In this document: positions 1-13,050 of the stretch, piece by piece
Position numbering within the stretch: position 1 is the first letter of the stretch
Layout: each line of letters starts with the position of its first letter
Assembly: GCA_964016885.1 (NCBI GenBank)
Contig: OZ024752.1
Location: forward strand, 22,134,001-22,198,000
DNA from: Eledone cirrhosa
Lineage: Eukaryota
Length of the DNA stretch: 64,000 nucleotides
Direction: 5' to 3'
Made by a program: the position numbers and the translations under genes
The notes under the pieces: model-generated
Database searches by the model: none
The model's input: only the letters and a program-made list of their open reading frames with translations
What the model was told of the DNA's origin: nothing

Positions 1-3000
1 GAAGGTAGAGTGTGGTGGTGAACTACCAAAAACAGTGGACAGAAGGTAGAGGGTGGTGGTGAACTACCAAAAACAGTGAACAGAAGGTAGAGTGTGGTGG
101 TGAAGTACCAAAAACAGTGGACAGAAGGTAGAAGGTGGTGGTGAACTACCAAAAACAGTGGACAGAAGGCAGAGGGTGGTGGTGAACTACCAAAAACAGT
201 GGACAGAAGGTAGAGTGTGGTGGTGAACTACCAAAAACAGTGGACAGAAGGTAGAGTGTGGTGGTGAACTACCAAAAACAGTGAACAGAAGGTAGAGTGT
301 GGTGGTGAACTACCAAAAACAGTGGACAGAAGGTAGAGGGTGGTGGTGAACTACCAAAAACAGTGGACAGAAGGCAGAGGGTGGTGGTGAACTACCAAAA
401 ACAGTGGACAGAAGGCAGAGGGTGGTGATGAACTACCAAAAACACTGGACAGAAGGTAGAGAGTGGTGGTGAACTACCAAAAACAGTGGACAGAAGGTAG
501 AGTGTGGTGGTAAACTACCAAAAACTGGACAGAAGGTAGAGGGTGGTGGTGAACTACCAAAAACAGTGTACAGAAGGCAGAGGGTGGTGGTGAACTACCA
601 AAAACAGTGGACAGAAGGCAGAGGGTGGTGGTCAACTACCAAAAACAGTGGACAGAAGACAGAGGGTGGTGGTGAACTACCAAAAACAGTGGACAGAAGG
701 CAGAGGGTGTTGGTGAACTACCAAAAACAGTGGACAGAAAGTAGAGGGTGGTGGTGAACTACCAAAAACAGTGTACAGAAGGCAGAGGGTGGTGGTGAAC
801 TACCAAAAACAGTGTACAGAAGGCAGAGGGTGGTGGTGAACTACCAAAAACTGTGGACAGAAGGCAGAGGGTGGTGGTGAACTACCAAAAACTGTGGACA
901 GAAGGTAAAGTGTGGTGGTGAACTACCAAAAACAGTGGACAGAAGGCAGAGGGTGATGGTGAACTACCAAAAACAGTGGACAGAAGGCAGAGTGTGGTGG
1001 TGAAGTACCAATAACAGTGGACAGAAGACAGAGGGTGGTGGTGAACTACCAAAACCAGTGGACAGAAGGTAGAGGGTGGTGGTTAACTACCAAAAGCTGG
1101 ACAGAAGGTAGAGGGTGGTGGTGAACTACCAAAAACAGTGTACAGAAGGCAGAGTGTGGTGGTGAAGTACCAAAAACAGTGGACAGAAGGTAGAGGGTGG
1201 TGGTGAACTACCAAAAACAGTGGACAGAAGGCAGAGGGTGGTGGTGAACTACCAAAAACAGTGGACAGAAGACAGAGGGTGGTGGTGAACTACCAAAAAC
1301 AGTGAACAGAAGGTAGAGGGTGGTGGTGAACTACCAAAAACTGGACAGAAGGCAGAGGGTGATGGTGAACTACCAAAAACAGTGGACAGAAGACAGAGGG
1401 TGGTGGTGAACTACCAAAAACAGTGGACAGAAGGCAGAGTGTGGTGGTGAAATACCAATAACAGTGGACAGAAGACAGAGGGTGGTGGTGAACTACCAAA
1501 AACAGTGGACAGAAGGTAGAGGGTGGTGGTGAACTACCAAAACCAGTGGACAGAAGGTAGAGGGTGGTGGTGAACTACCAAAAACTGGACAGAAGGTAGA
1601 GGGTGGTGGTGAACTACCAAAAACAGTGGACAGAAGGCAGAGTGTGGTGGTGAAGTACCAAAAACAGTGGACAGAAGGTAGAGGGTGGTGGTGAACTACC
1701 AAAAACAGTGGACAGAAGACAGAGGGTGGTGGTGAAGTACCAAAAACAGTGGACAGAAGGTAGAGGGTGGTGGTGAAGTACCAAAAACTGGACAGAAGGT
1801 AGAGGGTGGTGGTGAACTACCAAAAACAGTGGACAGAAGGTAGAGGGTGGTGGTGAACTACCAAAAACAGTGGACAGAAGGTAGAGGGTGGTGGTGAACT
1901 ACCAAAAACAGTGGACAGAAGGTAGAGGGTGGTGGTGAACTACCAAAAACAGTGGACAGAAGGTAGAGGGTGGTGGTGAACTACCAAAAACTGGACAGAA
2001 GGCAGAGTGTGGTGGTGAAGTACCAAAAACAGTGGACAGAAGGTAGAGGGTGGTGGTGAACTACCAAAAACAGTGGACAGAAGGCAGAGGGTGGTGGTGA
2101 ACTACCAAAAACAGTGGACAGAAGACAGAGGGTGGTGGTGAACTACCAAAAACAGTGGACAGAAGACAGAGGGTGGTGGTGAACTACCAAAAACAGTGGA
2201 CAGAAGGTACAGTGTGGTGGTGAACTACCAAAAACAGTGGACAGAAGGTAGAGTGTGGTGGTGATCTACCAAAAACAGTGAACGAAGGCAGAGGGTGGTG
2301 GTGAACTACCAAAAACAGTGGACAGAAGGCAATGGGTGGTGGTGAACTACCAAAAACAGTGGACAGAAGGTACAGTGTGGTGGTGAACTAACAAAAACAG
2401 TGGACAGAAGGTAGAGTGTGGTGGTGAACTACCAAAAACAGTGGACAGAAGGTAGAGGGTGGTGGTGAACTACCAAAAACAGTGGACAGAAGGCAGAGTG
2501 TGGTGGTGAAGTACCAATAACAGTGGACAGAAGACAGAGGGTGGTGGTGAACTACCAAAAACAGTGGACAGAAGACAGAGGGTGGTGGTGAACTAACAAA
2601 AACAGTGGACAGAAGGTAGAGGGTGGTGGTGAAGTACCAATAACAGTGGACAGAAGACAGAGGGTGGTGGTGAACTAACAAAAACAGTGGACAGAAGGTA
2701 GAGGGTGGTGGTGAAGTACCAATAACAGTGGACAGAAGACAGAGGGTGGTGGTGAACTAACAAAAACAGTGGACAGAAGGTAGAGGGTGGTGGTGAACTA
2801 CCAAAAACTGGACAGAAGGCAGAGTGTGGTGGTGAACTACCAAAACCAGTGGACAGAAGGTAGAGGGTGGTGGTTAACTACCAAAAACTGGACAGAAGGT
2901 AGAGGGTGGTGGTGAACTACCAAAAACAGTGTACAGAAGGCAGAGTGTGGTGGTGAAGTACCAAAAACAGTGGACAGAAGGTAGAGGGTGGTGGTGAACT

Positions 3001-6000
3001 ACCAAAAACAGTGGACAGAAGGCAGAGGGTGGTGGTGAACTACCAAAAACAGTGGACAGAAGGTAGAGTGTGGTGGTGAACTACCAAAAACACTGAACAG
3101 AAGGTAGAGGGTGGTGGTGAACTACCAAAAACAGTGGACAGAAGGCAGAGGGTGATGGTGAACTACCAAAAACAGTGGACAGAAGGTAGAGGGTGGTGGT
3201 GAACTACCAAAAACAGTGGACAGAAGGTAGAGTGTGGTGGTGAACTAACAAAAACAGTCGACAGAAGGTAGAGTGTGGTGGTGAACTACCAAAAACACTG
3301 GACAGAAGGTAGATGGTGGTGGTGAACTACCAAAAACAGTGGACAGAAGGCAGAGGGTGATGGTGAACTACCAAAAACAGTGGACAGAAGGCAGAGGGTG
3401 ATGGTGAACTACCAAAAACAGTGGACAGAAGGTAGAGGGTGGTGGTGAACTACCAAAAACAGTGGACAGAAGGCAGAGGGTGATGGTGAACTACCAAAAA
3501 CAGTGGACAGAAGGCAGAGGGTGATGGTGAACTACCAAAAACAGTGGACAGAAGGTAGAGGGTGGTGGTGAACTACCAAAAACAGTGGACAGAAGGCAGA
3601 GGGTGATGGTGAACTACCAAAAACAGTGGACAGAAGGCAGAGGGTGATGGTGAACTACCAAAAACAGTGGACAGAAAGCAGAGGGTGATGGTGAACTACC
3701 AAAAACAGTGGACAGAAGGCAGAGGGTGATGGTGAACTACCAAAAACAGTGGACAGAAGGTAGAGGGTGGTGGTGAACTACCAAAAACAGTGGACAGAAG
3801 GCAGAGGGTGATGGTGAACTACCAAAAACAGTGGACAGAAGGCAGAGGGTGATGGTGAACTACCAAAAACAGTGGACAGAAGGTAGAGGGTGGTGGTGAA
3901 CTACTAAAAACAGTGGACAGAAGGCAGAGTGTGGTGGTGAAATACCAATAACAGTGGACAGAAGACAGAGGGTGGTGGTGAACTACCAAAACCAGTGGAC
4001 AGAAGGTAGAGGGTGGTGGTGAACTACCAAAAACTGGACAGAAGGTAGAGGGTGGTGGTGAACTACCAAAAACAGTGGACAGAAGGCAGAGTGTGGTGGT
4101 GAAGTACCAAAAACAGTGGACAGAAGGTAGAGGGTGGTGGTGAACTACCAAAAACAGTGGACAGAAGACAGAGGGTGGTGGTGAAGTACCAAAAACAGTG
4201 GACAGAAGGTAGAGGGTGGTGGTGAACTACCAAAAACAGTGGACAGAAGGTAGAGGGTGGTGGTGAACTACCAAAAACTGGACAGAAGGCAGAGTGTGGT
4301 GGTGAACTACCAAAAACAGTGGACAGAAGGTAGAGGGTGGTGGTGAACTACCAAAAAAAGTGGACAGAAGACAGAGGGTGGTGGTGAACTACCAAAAACA
4401 GTGGACAGAAGGCAGAGGGTGGTGGTGAACTACCAAAAACAGTGGACAGAAGGCAGAGGGTGGTGGTGAACTACCAAAAACAGTGGACAGAAGGCAATGG
4501 GTGGTGGTGAACTACCAAAAACAGTGGACAGAAGGTAGAGGGTGGTGGTGAACTACCAAAAACAGTGGACAGAAGGTAGAGGGTGGTGGTGAACTACCAA
4601 AAACAGTGGACAGAAGGTAGAGGGTGGTGGTGAACTACCAAAAACAGTGGACAGAAGGCAGAGTGTGGTGGTAAAGTACCAAAAACAGTGGACAGAAGGT
4701 AGAGGGTGGTGGTGAACTACCAAAAACAGTGGACAGAAGGTAGAGGGTGGTGGTGAACTACCAAAAACAGTGGACAGAAGGCAGAGGGTGGTGGTGAACT
4801 ACCAAAAACAGTGGACAGAAGACAGAGGGTGGTGGTGAACTACCAAAAACAGTGGACAGAAGGTAGAGTGTGGTGGTGATCTACCAAAAACAGTGGACAG
4901 AAGGCAGAGGGTGGTGGTGAACTACCAAAAACAGTGGACAGAAGACAGAGAGTGGTGGTGAACTACCAAAAACAGTGGACAGAAGGTAGAGTGTGGTGGT
5001 GAACTACCAAAAACAGTGGACAGAAGGCAGAGGGTGGTGGTGAACTACCAAAAACAGTGGACAGAAGGCAATGGGTGGTGGTGAACTACCAAAAACAGTG
5101 GACAGAAGGTACAGTGTGGTGGTGAACTACCAAAAACAGTGGACAGAAGGTAGAGTGTGGTGGTGAACTACCAAAAACAGTGGACAGAAGGTAGAGTGTG
5201 GTGGTGATCTACCAAAAACAGTGGACAGAAGGTAGAGTGTGGTGGTGAACTACCAAAAACAGTGGACAGAAGGTAGAGTGTGGTGGTGAACTACCAAAAA
5301 CAGTGAACAGAAGGTAGAGTGTGGTGGTGAACTACCAAAAACAGTGGACAGAAGGTAGAGTGTGGTGGTGAACTACCAAAAACAGTGGACAGAAGGTAGA
5401 GGGTGGTGGTGAACTACCAAAAACAGTGGACAGAAGGCAGAGGGTGGTTGTGAACTACCAAAAACAGTGGACAGAAGGCAGAGGGTGGTGATGAACTACC
5501 AAAAACACTGGACAGAAGGTAGAGAGTGGTGGTGAACTACCAAAAACAGTGAACAGAAGGTAGAGTGTGGTGGTGAACTACCAAAAACAGTGGACAGAAG
5601 GTAGAGGGTGGTGGTGAACTACCAAAAACAGTGAACAGAAGGTAGAGTGTGGTGGTGAAGTACCAAAAACAGTGGACAGAAGGTAGAAGGTGGTGGTGAA
5701 CTACCAAAAACAGTGGACAGAAGGTAGAGGGTGGTGGTGAACTACCAAAAACAGTGGACAGAAGGTAGAGTGTGGTGGTGAACTACCAAAAACAGTGGAC
5801 AGAAGGTAGAGTGTGGTGGTGAACTACCAAAAACAGTGAACAGAAGGTAGAGTGTGGTGGTGAACTACCAAAAACAGTGGACAGAAGGTAGAGGGTGGTG
5901 GTGAACTACCAAAAACAGTGGACAGAAGGCAGAGGGTGGTGGTGAACTACCAAAAACAGTGGACAGAAGGCAGAGGGTGGTGATGAACTACCAAAAACAC

Positions 6001-9000
6001 TGGACAGAAGGTAGAGAGTGGTGGTGAACTACCAAAAACAGTGGACAGAAGGTAGAGTGTGGTGGTAAACTACCAAAAACTGGACAGAAGGTAGAGGGTG
6101 GTGGTGAACTACCAAAAACAGTGTACAGAAGGCAGAGGGTGGTGGTGAACTACCAAAAACAGTGGACAGAAGGCAGAGGGTGGTGGTCAACTACCAAAAA
6201 CAGTGGACAGAAGACAGAGGGTGGTGGTGAACTACCAAAAACAGTGGACAGAAGGCAGAGGGTGTTGGTGAACTACCAAAAACAGTGGACAGAAGGTAGA
6301 GGGTGGTGGTGAACTACCAAAAACAGTGGACAGAAGGCAGAGGGTGGTGGTGAACTACCAAAAACAGTGGACAGAAGACAGAGGGTGGTGGTGAACTACC
6401 AAAAACAGTGAACAGAAGGTAGAGGGTGGTGGTGAACTACCAAAAACTGGACAGAAGGCAGAGGGTGATGGTGAACTACCAAAAACAGTGGACAGAAGAC
6501 AGAGGGTGGTGGTGAACTACCAAAAACAGTGGACAGAAGGCAGAGGGTGGTGGTGAACTACCAAAAACAGTGGACAGAAGACAGAGGGTGGTGGTGAACT
6601 ACCAAAAACAGTGAACAGAAGGTAGAGGGTGGTGGTGAACTAACAAAAACAGTGGACAGAAGGTAGAGTGTGGTGGTGAACTACCAAAAACACTGGACAG
6701 AAGGTAGAGGGTGGTGGTGAACTACCAAAAACAGTGGACAGAAGGCAGAGTGTGGTGGTGAAATACCAATAACAGTGGACAGAAGACAGAGGGTGGTGGT
6801 GAACTACCAAAAACAGTGGACAGAAGGTAGAGGGTGGTGGTGAACTACCAAAACCAGTGGACAGAAGGTAGAGGGTGGTGGTGAACTACCAAAAACTGGA
6901 CAGAAGGTAGAGGGTGGTGGTGAACTACCAAAAACAGTGGACAGAAGGCAGAGTGTGGTGGTGAAGTACCAAAAACAGTGGACAGAAGGTAGAGGGTGGT
7001 GGTGAACTACCAAAAACAGTGGACAGAAGACAGAGGGTGGTGGTGAAGTACCAAAAACAGTGGACAGAAGGTAGAGGGTGGTGGTGAAGTACCAAAAACT
7101 GGACAGAAGGTAGAGGGTGGTGGTGAACTACCAAAAACAGTGGACAGAAGGTAGAGGGTGGTGGTGAACTACCAAAAACAGTGGACAGAAGGTAGAGGGT
7201 GGTGGTGAACTACCAAAAACAGTGGACAGAAGGTAGAGGGTGGTGGTGAACTACCAAAAACTGGACAGAAGGCAGAGTGTGGTGGTGAAGTACCAAAAAC
7301 AGTGGACAGAAGGTAGAGGGTGGTGGTGAACTACCAAAAACAGTGGACAGAAGGCAGAGGGTGGTGGTGAACTACCAAAAACAGTGGACAGAAGACAGAG
7401 GGTGGTGGTGAACTACCAAAAACAGTGGACAGAAGACAGAGGGTGGTGGTGAACTACCAAAAACAGTGGACAGAAGGTACAGTGTGGTGGTGAACTACCA
7501 AAAACAGTGGACAGAAGGTAGAGTGTGGTGGTGATCTACCAAAAACAGTGGACAGAAGGCAGAGGGTGGTGGTGAACTACCAAAAACAGTGGACAGAAGG
7601 CAATGGGTGGTGGTGAACTACCAAAAACAGTGGACAGAAGGTACAGTGTGGTGGTGAACTAACAAAAACAGTGGACAGAAGGTAGAGTGTGGTGGTGAAC
7701 TACCAAAAACACTGGACAGAAGGTAGAGGGTGGTGGTGAACTACCAAAAACAGTGGACAGAAGGCAGAGTGTGGTGGTGAAGTACCAATAACAGTGGACA
7801 GAAGACAGAGGGTGGTGGTGAACTACCAAAAACAGTGGACAGAAGACAGAGGGTGGTGGTGAACTAACAAAAACAGTGGACAGAAGACAGAGGGTGGTGG
7901 TGAACTACCAAAAACAGTGGACAGAAGACAGAGGGTGGTGGTGAACTACCAAAAACAGTGGACAGAAGGTACAGTGTGGTGGTGAACTACCAAAAACAGT
8001 GGACAGAAGGTAGAGTGTGGTGGTGAACTACCAAAAACAGTGGACAGAAGGCAGAGGGTGGTGGTGAACTACCAAAAACAGTGGACAGAAGGCAATGGGT
8101 GGTGGTGAACTACCAAAAACAGTGGACAGAAGGTACAGTGTGGTGGTGAACTACCAAAAACAGTGGACAGAAGGTAGAGTGTAGTGGTGATCTACCAAAA
8201 ACAGTGGACAGAAGGTAGAGTGTGGTGGTGAACTACCAAAAACAGTGGACAGAAGGTAGAGTGTGGTGGTGATCTACCAAAAACAGTGGACAGAAGGTAG
8301 AGTGTGGTGGTGAACTACCAAAAACAGTGGACAGAAGGTAGAGTGTGGTGGTGAACTACCAAAAACAGTGAACAGAAGGTAGAGTGTGGTGGTGAACTAC
8401 CAAAAACAGTGGACAGAAGGTAGAGTGTGGTGGTGAACTACCAAAAACAGTGGACAGAAGGTAGAGGGTGGTGGTGAACTACCAAAAACAGTGGACAGAA
8501 GGCAGAGGGTGGTGGTGAACTACCAAAAACAGTGGACAGAAGGCAGAGGGTGGTGATGAACTACCAAAAACACTGGACAGAAGGTAGAGAGTGGTGGTGA
8601 ACTACCAAAAACAGTGAACAGAAGGTAGAGTGTGGTGGTGAACTACCAAAAACAGTGGACAGAAGGTAGAGGGTGGTGGTGAACTACCAAAAACAGTGAA
8701 CAGAAGGTAGAGTGTGGTGGTGAAGTACCAAAAACAGTGGACAGAAGGTAGAAGGTGGTGGTGAACTACCAAAAACAGTGGACAGAAGGCAGAGGGTGGT
8801 GGTGAACTACCAAAAACAGTGGACAGAAGGTAGAGTGTGGTGGTGAACTACCAAAAACAGTGGACAGAAGGTAGAGTGTGGTGGTGAACTACCAAAAACA
8901 GTGAACAGAAGGTAGAGTGTGGTGGTGAACTACCAAAAACAGTGGACAGAAGGTAGAGGGTGGTGGTGAACTACCAAAAACAGTGGACAGAAGGCAGAGG

Positions 9001-12000
9001 GTGGTGGTGAACTACCAAAAACAGTGGACAGAAGGCAGAGGGTGGTGATGAACTACCAAAAACACTGGACAGAAGGTAGAGAGTGGTGGTGAACTACCAA
9101 AAACAGTGGACAGAAGGTAGAGTGTGGTGGTAAACTACCAAAAACTGGACAGAAGGTAGAGGGTGGTGGTGAACTACCAAAAACAGTGTACAGAAGGCAG
9201 AGGGTGGTGGTGAACTACCAAAAACAGTGGACAGAAGGCAGAGGGTGGTGGTCAACTACCAAAAACAGTGGACAGAAGACAGAGGGTGGTGGTGAACTAC
9301 CAAAAACAGTGGACAGAAGGCAGAGGGTGTTGGTGAACTACCAAAAACAGTGGACAGAAAGTAGAGGGTGGTGGTGAACTACCAAAAACAGTGTACAGAA
9401 GGCAGAGGGTGGTGGTGAACTACCAAAAACAGTGTACAGAAGGCAGAGGGTGGTGGTGAACTACCAAAAACTGTGGACAGAAGGCAGAGGGTGGTGGTGA
9501 ACTACCAAAAACTGTGGACAGAAGGTAAAGTGTGGTGGTGAACTACCAAAAACAGTGGACAGAAGGCAGAGGGTGATGGTGAACTACCAAAAACAGTGGA
9601 CAGAAGGCAGAGTGTGGTGGTGAAGTACCAATAACAGTGGACAGAAGACAGAGGGTGGTGGTGAACTACCAAAACCAGTGGACAGAAGGTAGAGGGTGGT
9701 GGTTAACTACCAAAAGCTGGACAGAAGGTAGAGGGTGGTGGTGAACTACCAAAAACAGTGTACAGAAGGCAGAGTGTGGTGGTGAAGTACCAAAAACAGT
9801 GGACAGAAGGTAGAGGGTGGTGGTGAACTACCAAAAACAGTGGACAGAAGGCAGAGGGTGGTGGTGAACTACCAAAAACAGTGGACAGAAGACAGAGGGT
9901 GGTGGTGAACTACCAAAAACAGTGAACAGAAGGTAGAGGGTGGTGGTGAACTACCAAAAACTGGACAGAAGGCAGAGGGTGATGGTGAACTACCAAAAAC
10001 AGTGGACAGAAGACAGAGGGTGGTGGTGAACTACCAAAAACAGTGGACAGAAGGCAGAGTGTGGTGGTGAAATACCAATAACAGTGGACAGAAGACAGAG
10101 GGTGGTGGTGAACTACCAAAAACAGTGGACAGAAGGTAGAGGGTGGTGGTGAACTACCAAAACCAGTGGACAGAAGGTAGAGGGTGGTGGTGAACTACCA
10201 AAAACTGGACAGAAGGTAGAGGGTGGTGGTGAACTACCAAAAACAGTGGACAGAAGGCAGAGTGTGGTGGTGAAGTACCAAAAACAGTGGACAGAAGGTA
10301 GAGGGTGGTGGTGAACTACCAAAAACAGTGGACAGAAGACAGAGGGTGGTGGTGAAGTACCAAAAACAGTGGACAGAAGGTAGAGGGTGGTGGTGAAGTA
10401 CCAAAAACTGGACAGAAGGTAGAGGGTGGTGGTGAACTACCAAAAACAGTGGACAGAAGGTAGAGGGTGGTGGTGAACTACCAAAAACAGTGGACAGAAG
10501 GTAGAGGGTGGTGGTGAACTACCAAAAACAGTGGACAGAAGGTAGAGGGTGGTGGTGAACTACCAAAAACAGTGGACAGAAGGTAGAGGGTGGTGGTGAA
10601 CTATCAAAAACTGGACAGAAGGCAGAGTGTGGTGGTGAAGTACCAAAAACAGTGGACAGAAGGTAGAGGGTGGTGGTGAACTACCAAAAACAGTGGACAG
10701 AAGGCAGAGGGTGGTGGTGAACTACCAAAAACAGTGGACAGAAGACAGAGGGTGGTGGTGAACTACCAAAAACAGTGGACAGAAGACAGAGGGTGGTGGT
10801 GAACTACCAAAAACAGTGGACAGAAGGTACAGTGTGGTGGTGAACTACCAAAAACAGTGGACAGAAGGTAGAGTGTGGTGGTGATCTACCAAAAACAGTG
10901 GACAGAAGGCAGAGGGTGGTGGTGAACTACCAAAAACAGTGGACAGAAGGCAATGGGTGGTGGTGAACTACCAAAAACAGTGGACAGAAGGTACAGTGTG
11001 GTGGTGAACTAACAAAAACAGTGGACAGAAGGTAGAGTGTGGTGGTGAACTACCAAAAACACTGGACAGAAGGTAGAGGGTGGTGGTGAACTACCAAAAA
11101 CAGTGGACAGAAGGCAGAGTGTGGTGGTGAAGTACCAATAACAGTGGACAGAAGACAGAGGGTGGTGGTGAACTACCAAAAACAGTGGACAGAAGACAGA
11201 GGGTGGTGGTGAACTAACAAAAACAGTGGACAGAAGGTAGAGGGTGGTGGTGAAGTACCAATAACAGTGGACAGAAGACAGAGGGTGGTGGTGAACTAAC
11301 AAAAACAGTGGACAGAAGGTAGAGGGTGGTGGTGAAGTACCAATAACAGTGGACAGAAGACAGAGGGTGGTGGTGAACTAACAAAAACAGTGGACAGAAG
11401 GTAGAGGGTGGTGGTGAACTACCAAAAACTGGACAGAAGGCAGAGTGTGGTGGTGAACTACCAAAACCAGTGGACAGAAGGTAGAGGGTGGTGGTTAACT
11501 ACCAAAAACTGGACAGAAGGTAGAGGGTGGTGGTGAACTACCAAAAACAGTGTACAGAAGGCAGAGTGTGGTGGTGAAGTACCAAAAACAGTGGACAGAA
11601 GGTAGAGGGTGGTGGTGAACTACCAAAAACAGTGGACAGAAGGCAGAGGGTGGTGGTGAACTACCAAAAACAGTGGACAGAAGGTAGAGTGTGGTGGTGA
11701 ACTACCAAAAACACTGAACAGAAGGTAGAGGGTGGTGGTGAACTACCAAAAACAGTGGACAGAAGGCAGAGGGTGATGGTGAACTACCAAAAACAGTGGA
11801 CAGAAGGTAGAGGGTGGTGGTGAACTACCAAAAACAGTGGACAGAAGGTAGAGTGTGGTGGTGAACTAACAAAAACAGTCGACAGAAGGTAGAGTGTGGT
11901 GGTGAACTACCAAAAACACTGGACAGAAGGTAGATGGTGGTGGTGAACTACCAAAAACAGTGGACAGAAGGCAGAGGGTGATGGTGAACTACCAAAAACA

Positions 12001-13050
12001 GTGGACAGAAGGCAGAGGGTGATGGTGAACTACCAAAAACAGTGGACAGAAGGTAGAGGGTGGTGGTGAACTACCAAAAACAGTGGACAGAAGGCAGAGG
12101 GTGATGGTGAACTACCAAAAACAGTGGACAGAAGGCAGAGGGTGATGGTGAACTACCAAAAACAGTGGACAGAAGGTAGAGGGTGGTGGTGAACTACCAA
12201 AAACAGTGGACAGAAGGCAGAGGGTGATGGTGAACTACCAAAAACAGTGGACAGAAGGCAGAGGGTGATGGTGAACTACCAAAAACAGTGGACAGAAGGC
12301 AGAGGGTGATGGTGAACTACCAAAAACAGTGGACAGAAGGCAGAGGGTGATGGTGAACTACCAAAAACAGTGGACAGAAGGTAGAGGGTGGTGGTGAACT
12401 ACCAAAAACAGTGGACAGAAGGCAGAGGGTGATGGTGAACTACCAAAAACAGTGGACAGAAGGCAGAGGGTGATGGTGAACTACCAAAAACAGTGGACAG
12501 AAGGTAGAGGGTGGTGGTGAACTACTAAAAACAGTGGACAGAAGGCAGAGTGTGGTGGTGAAATACCAATAACAGTGGACAGAAGACAGAGGGTGGTGGT
12601 GAACTACCAAAACCAGTGGACAGAAGGTAGAGGGTGGTGGTGAACTACCAAAAACTGGACAGAAGGTAGAGGGTGGTGGTGAACTACCAAAAACAGTGGA
12701 CAGAAGGCAGAGTGTGGTGGTGAAGTACCAAAAACAGTGGACAGAAGGTAGAGGGTGGTGGTGAACTACCAAAAACAGTGGACAGAAGACAGAGGGTGGT
12801 GGTGAAGTACCAAAAACAGTGGACAGAAGGTAGAGGGTGGTGGTGAACTACCAAAAACAGTGGACAGAAGGTAGAGGGTGGTGGTGAACTACCAAAAACT
12901 GGACAGAAGGCAGAGTGTGGTGGTGAAGTACCAAAAACAGTGGACAGAAGGTAGAGGGTGGTGGTGAACTACCAAAAAAAGTGGACAGAAGACAGAGGGT
13001 GGTGGTGAACTACCAAAAACAGTGGACAGAAGGCAGAGGGTGGTGGTGAA
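1..13050 (+). repeat. Duplication at an 8,620/8,621-bp offset: ~1-4.4 kb recurs at ~8.6-13.0 kb
   Basis: Offset 8,620 for 566/9186, 1290/9910 and 1493/10113. Offset 8,621 for 2388/11009, 3257/11878 and 3819/12440, following a 1-bp deletion at ~2283. Confidence 0.85.

Noticed and set aside
54-69. Conserved RNA/DNA hairpin TGGTGG-TGAA-CTACCA (alternatively GGTAG...CTACC) as a functional structure or terminator
   Set aside because: The stem is only 5-6 bp with a G-T wobble. Common variants (TGATGG, GAAGTACC, CTAAC, GGCAG) break pairs without compensatory changes, so there is no evidence of selection on structure.
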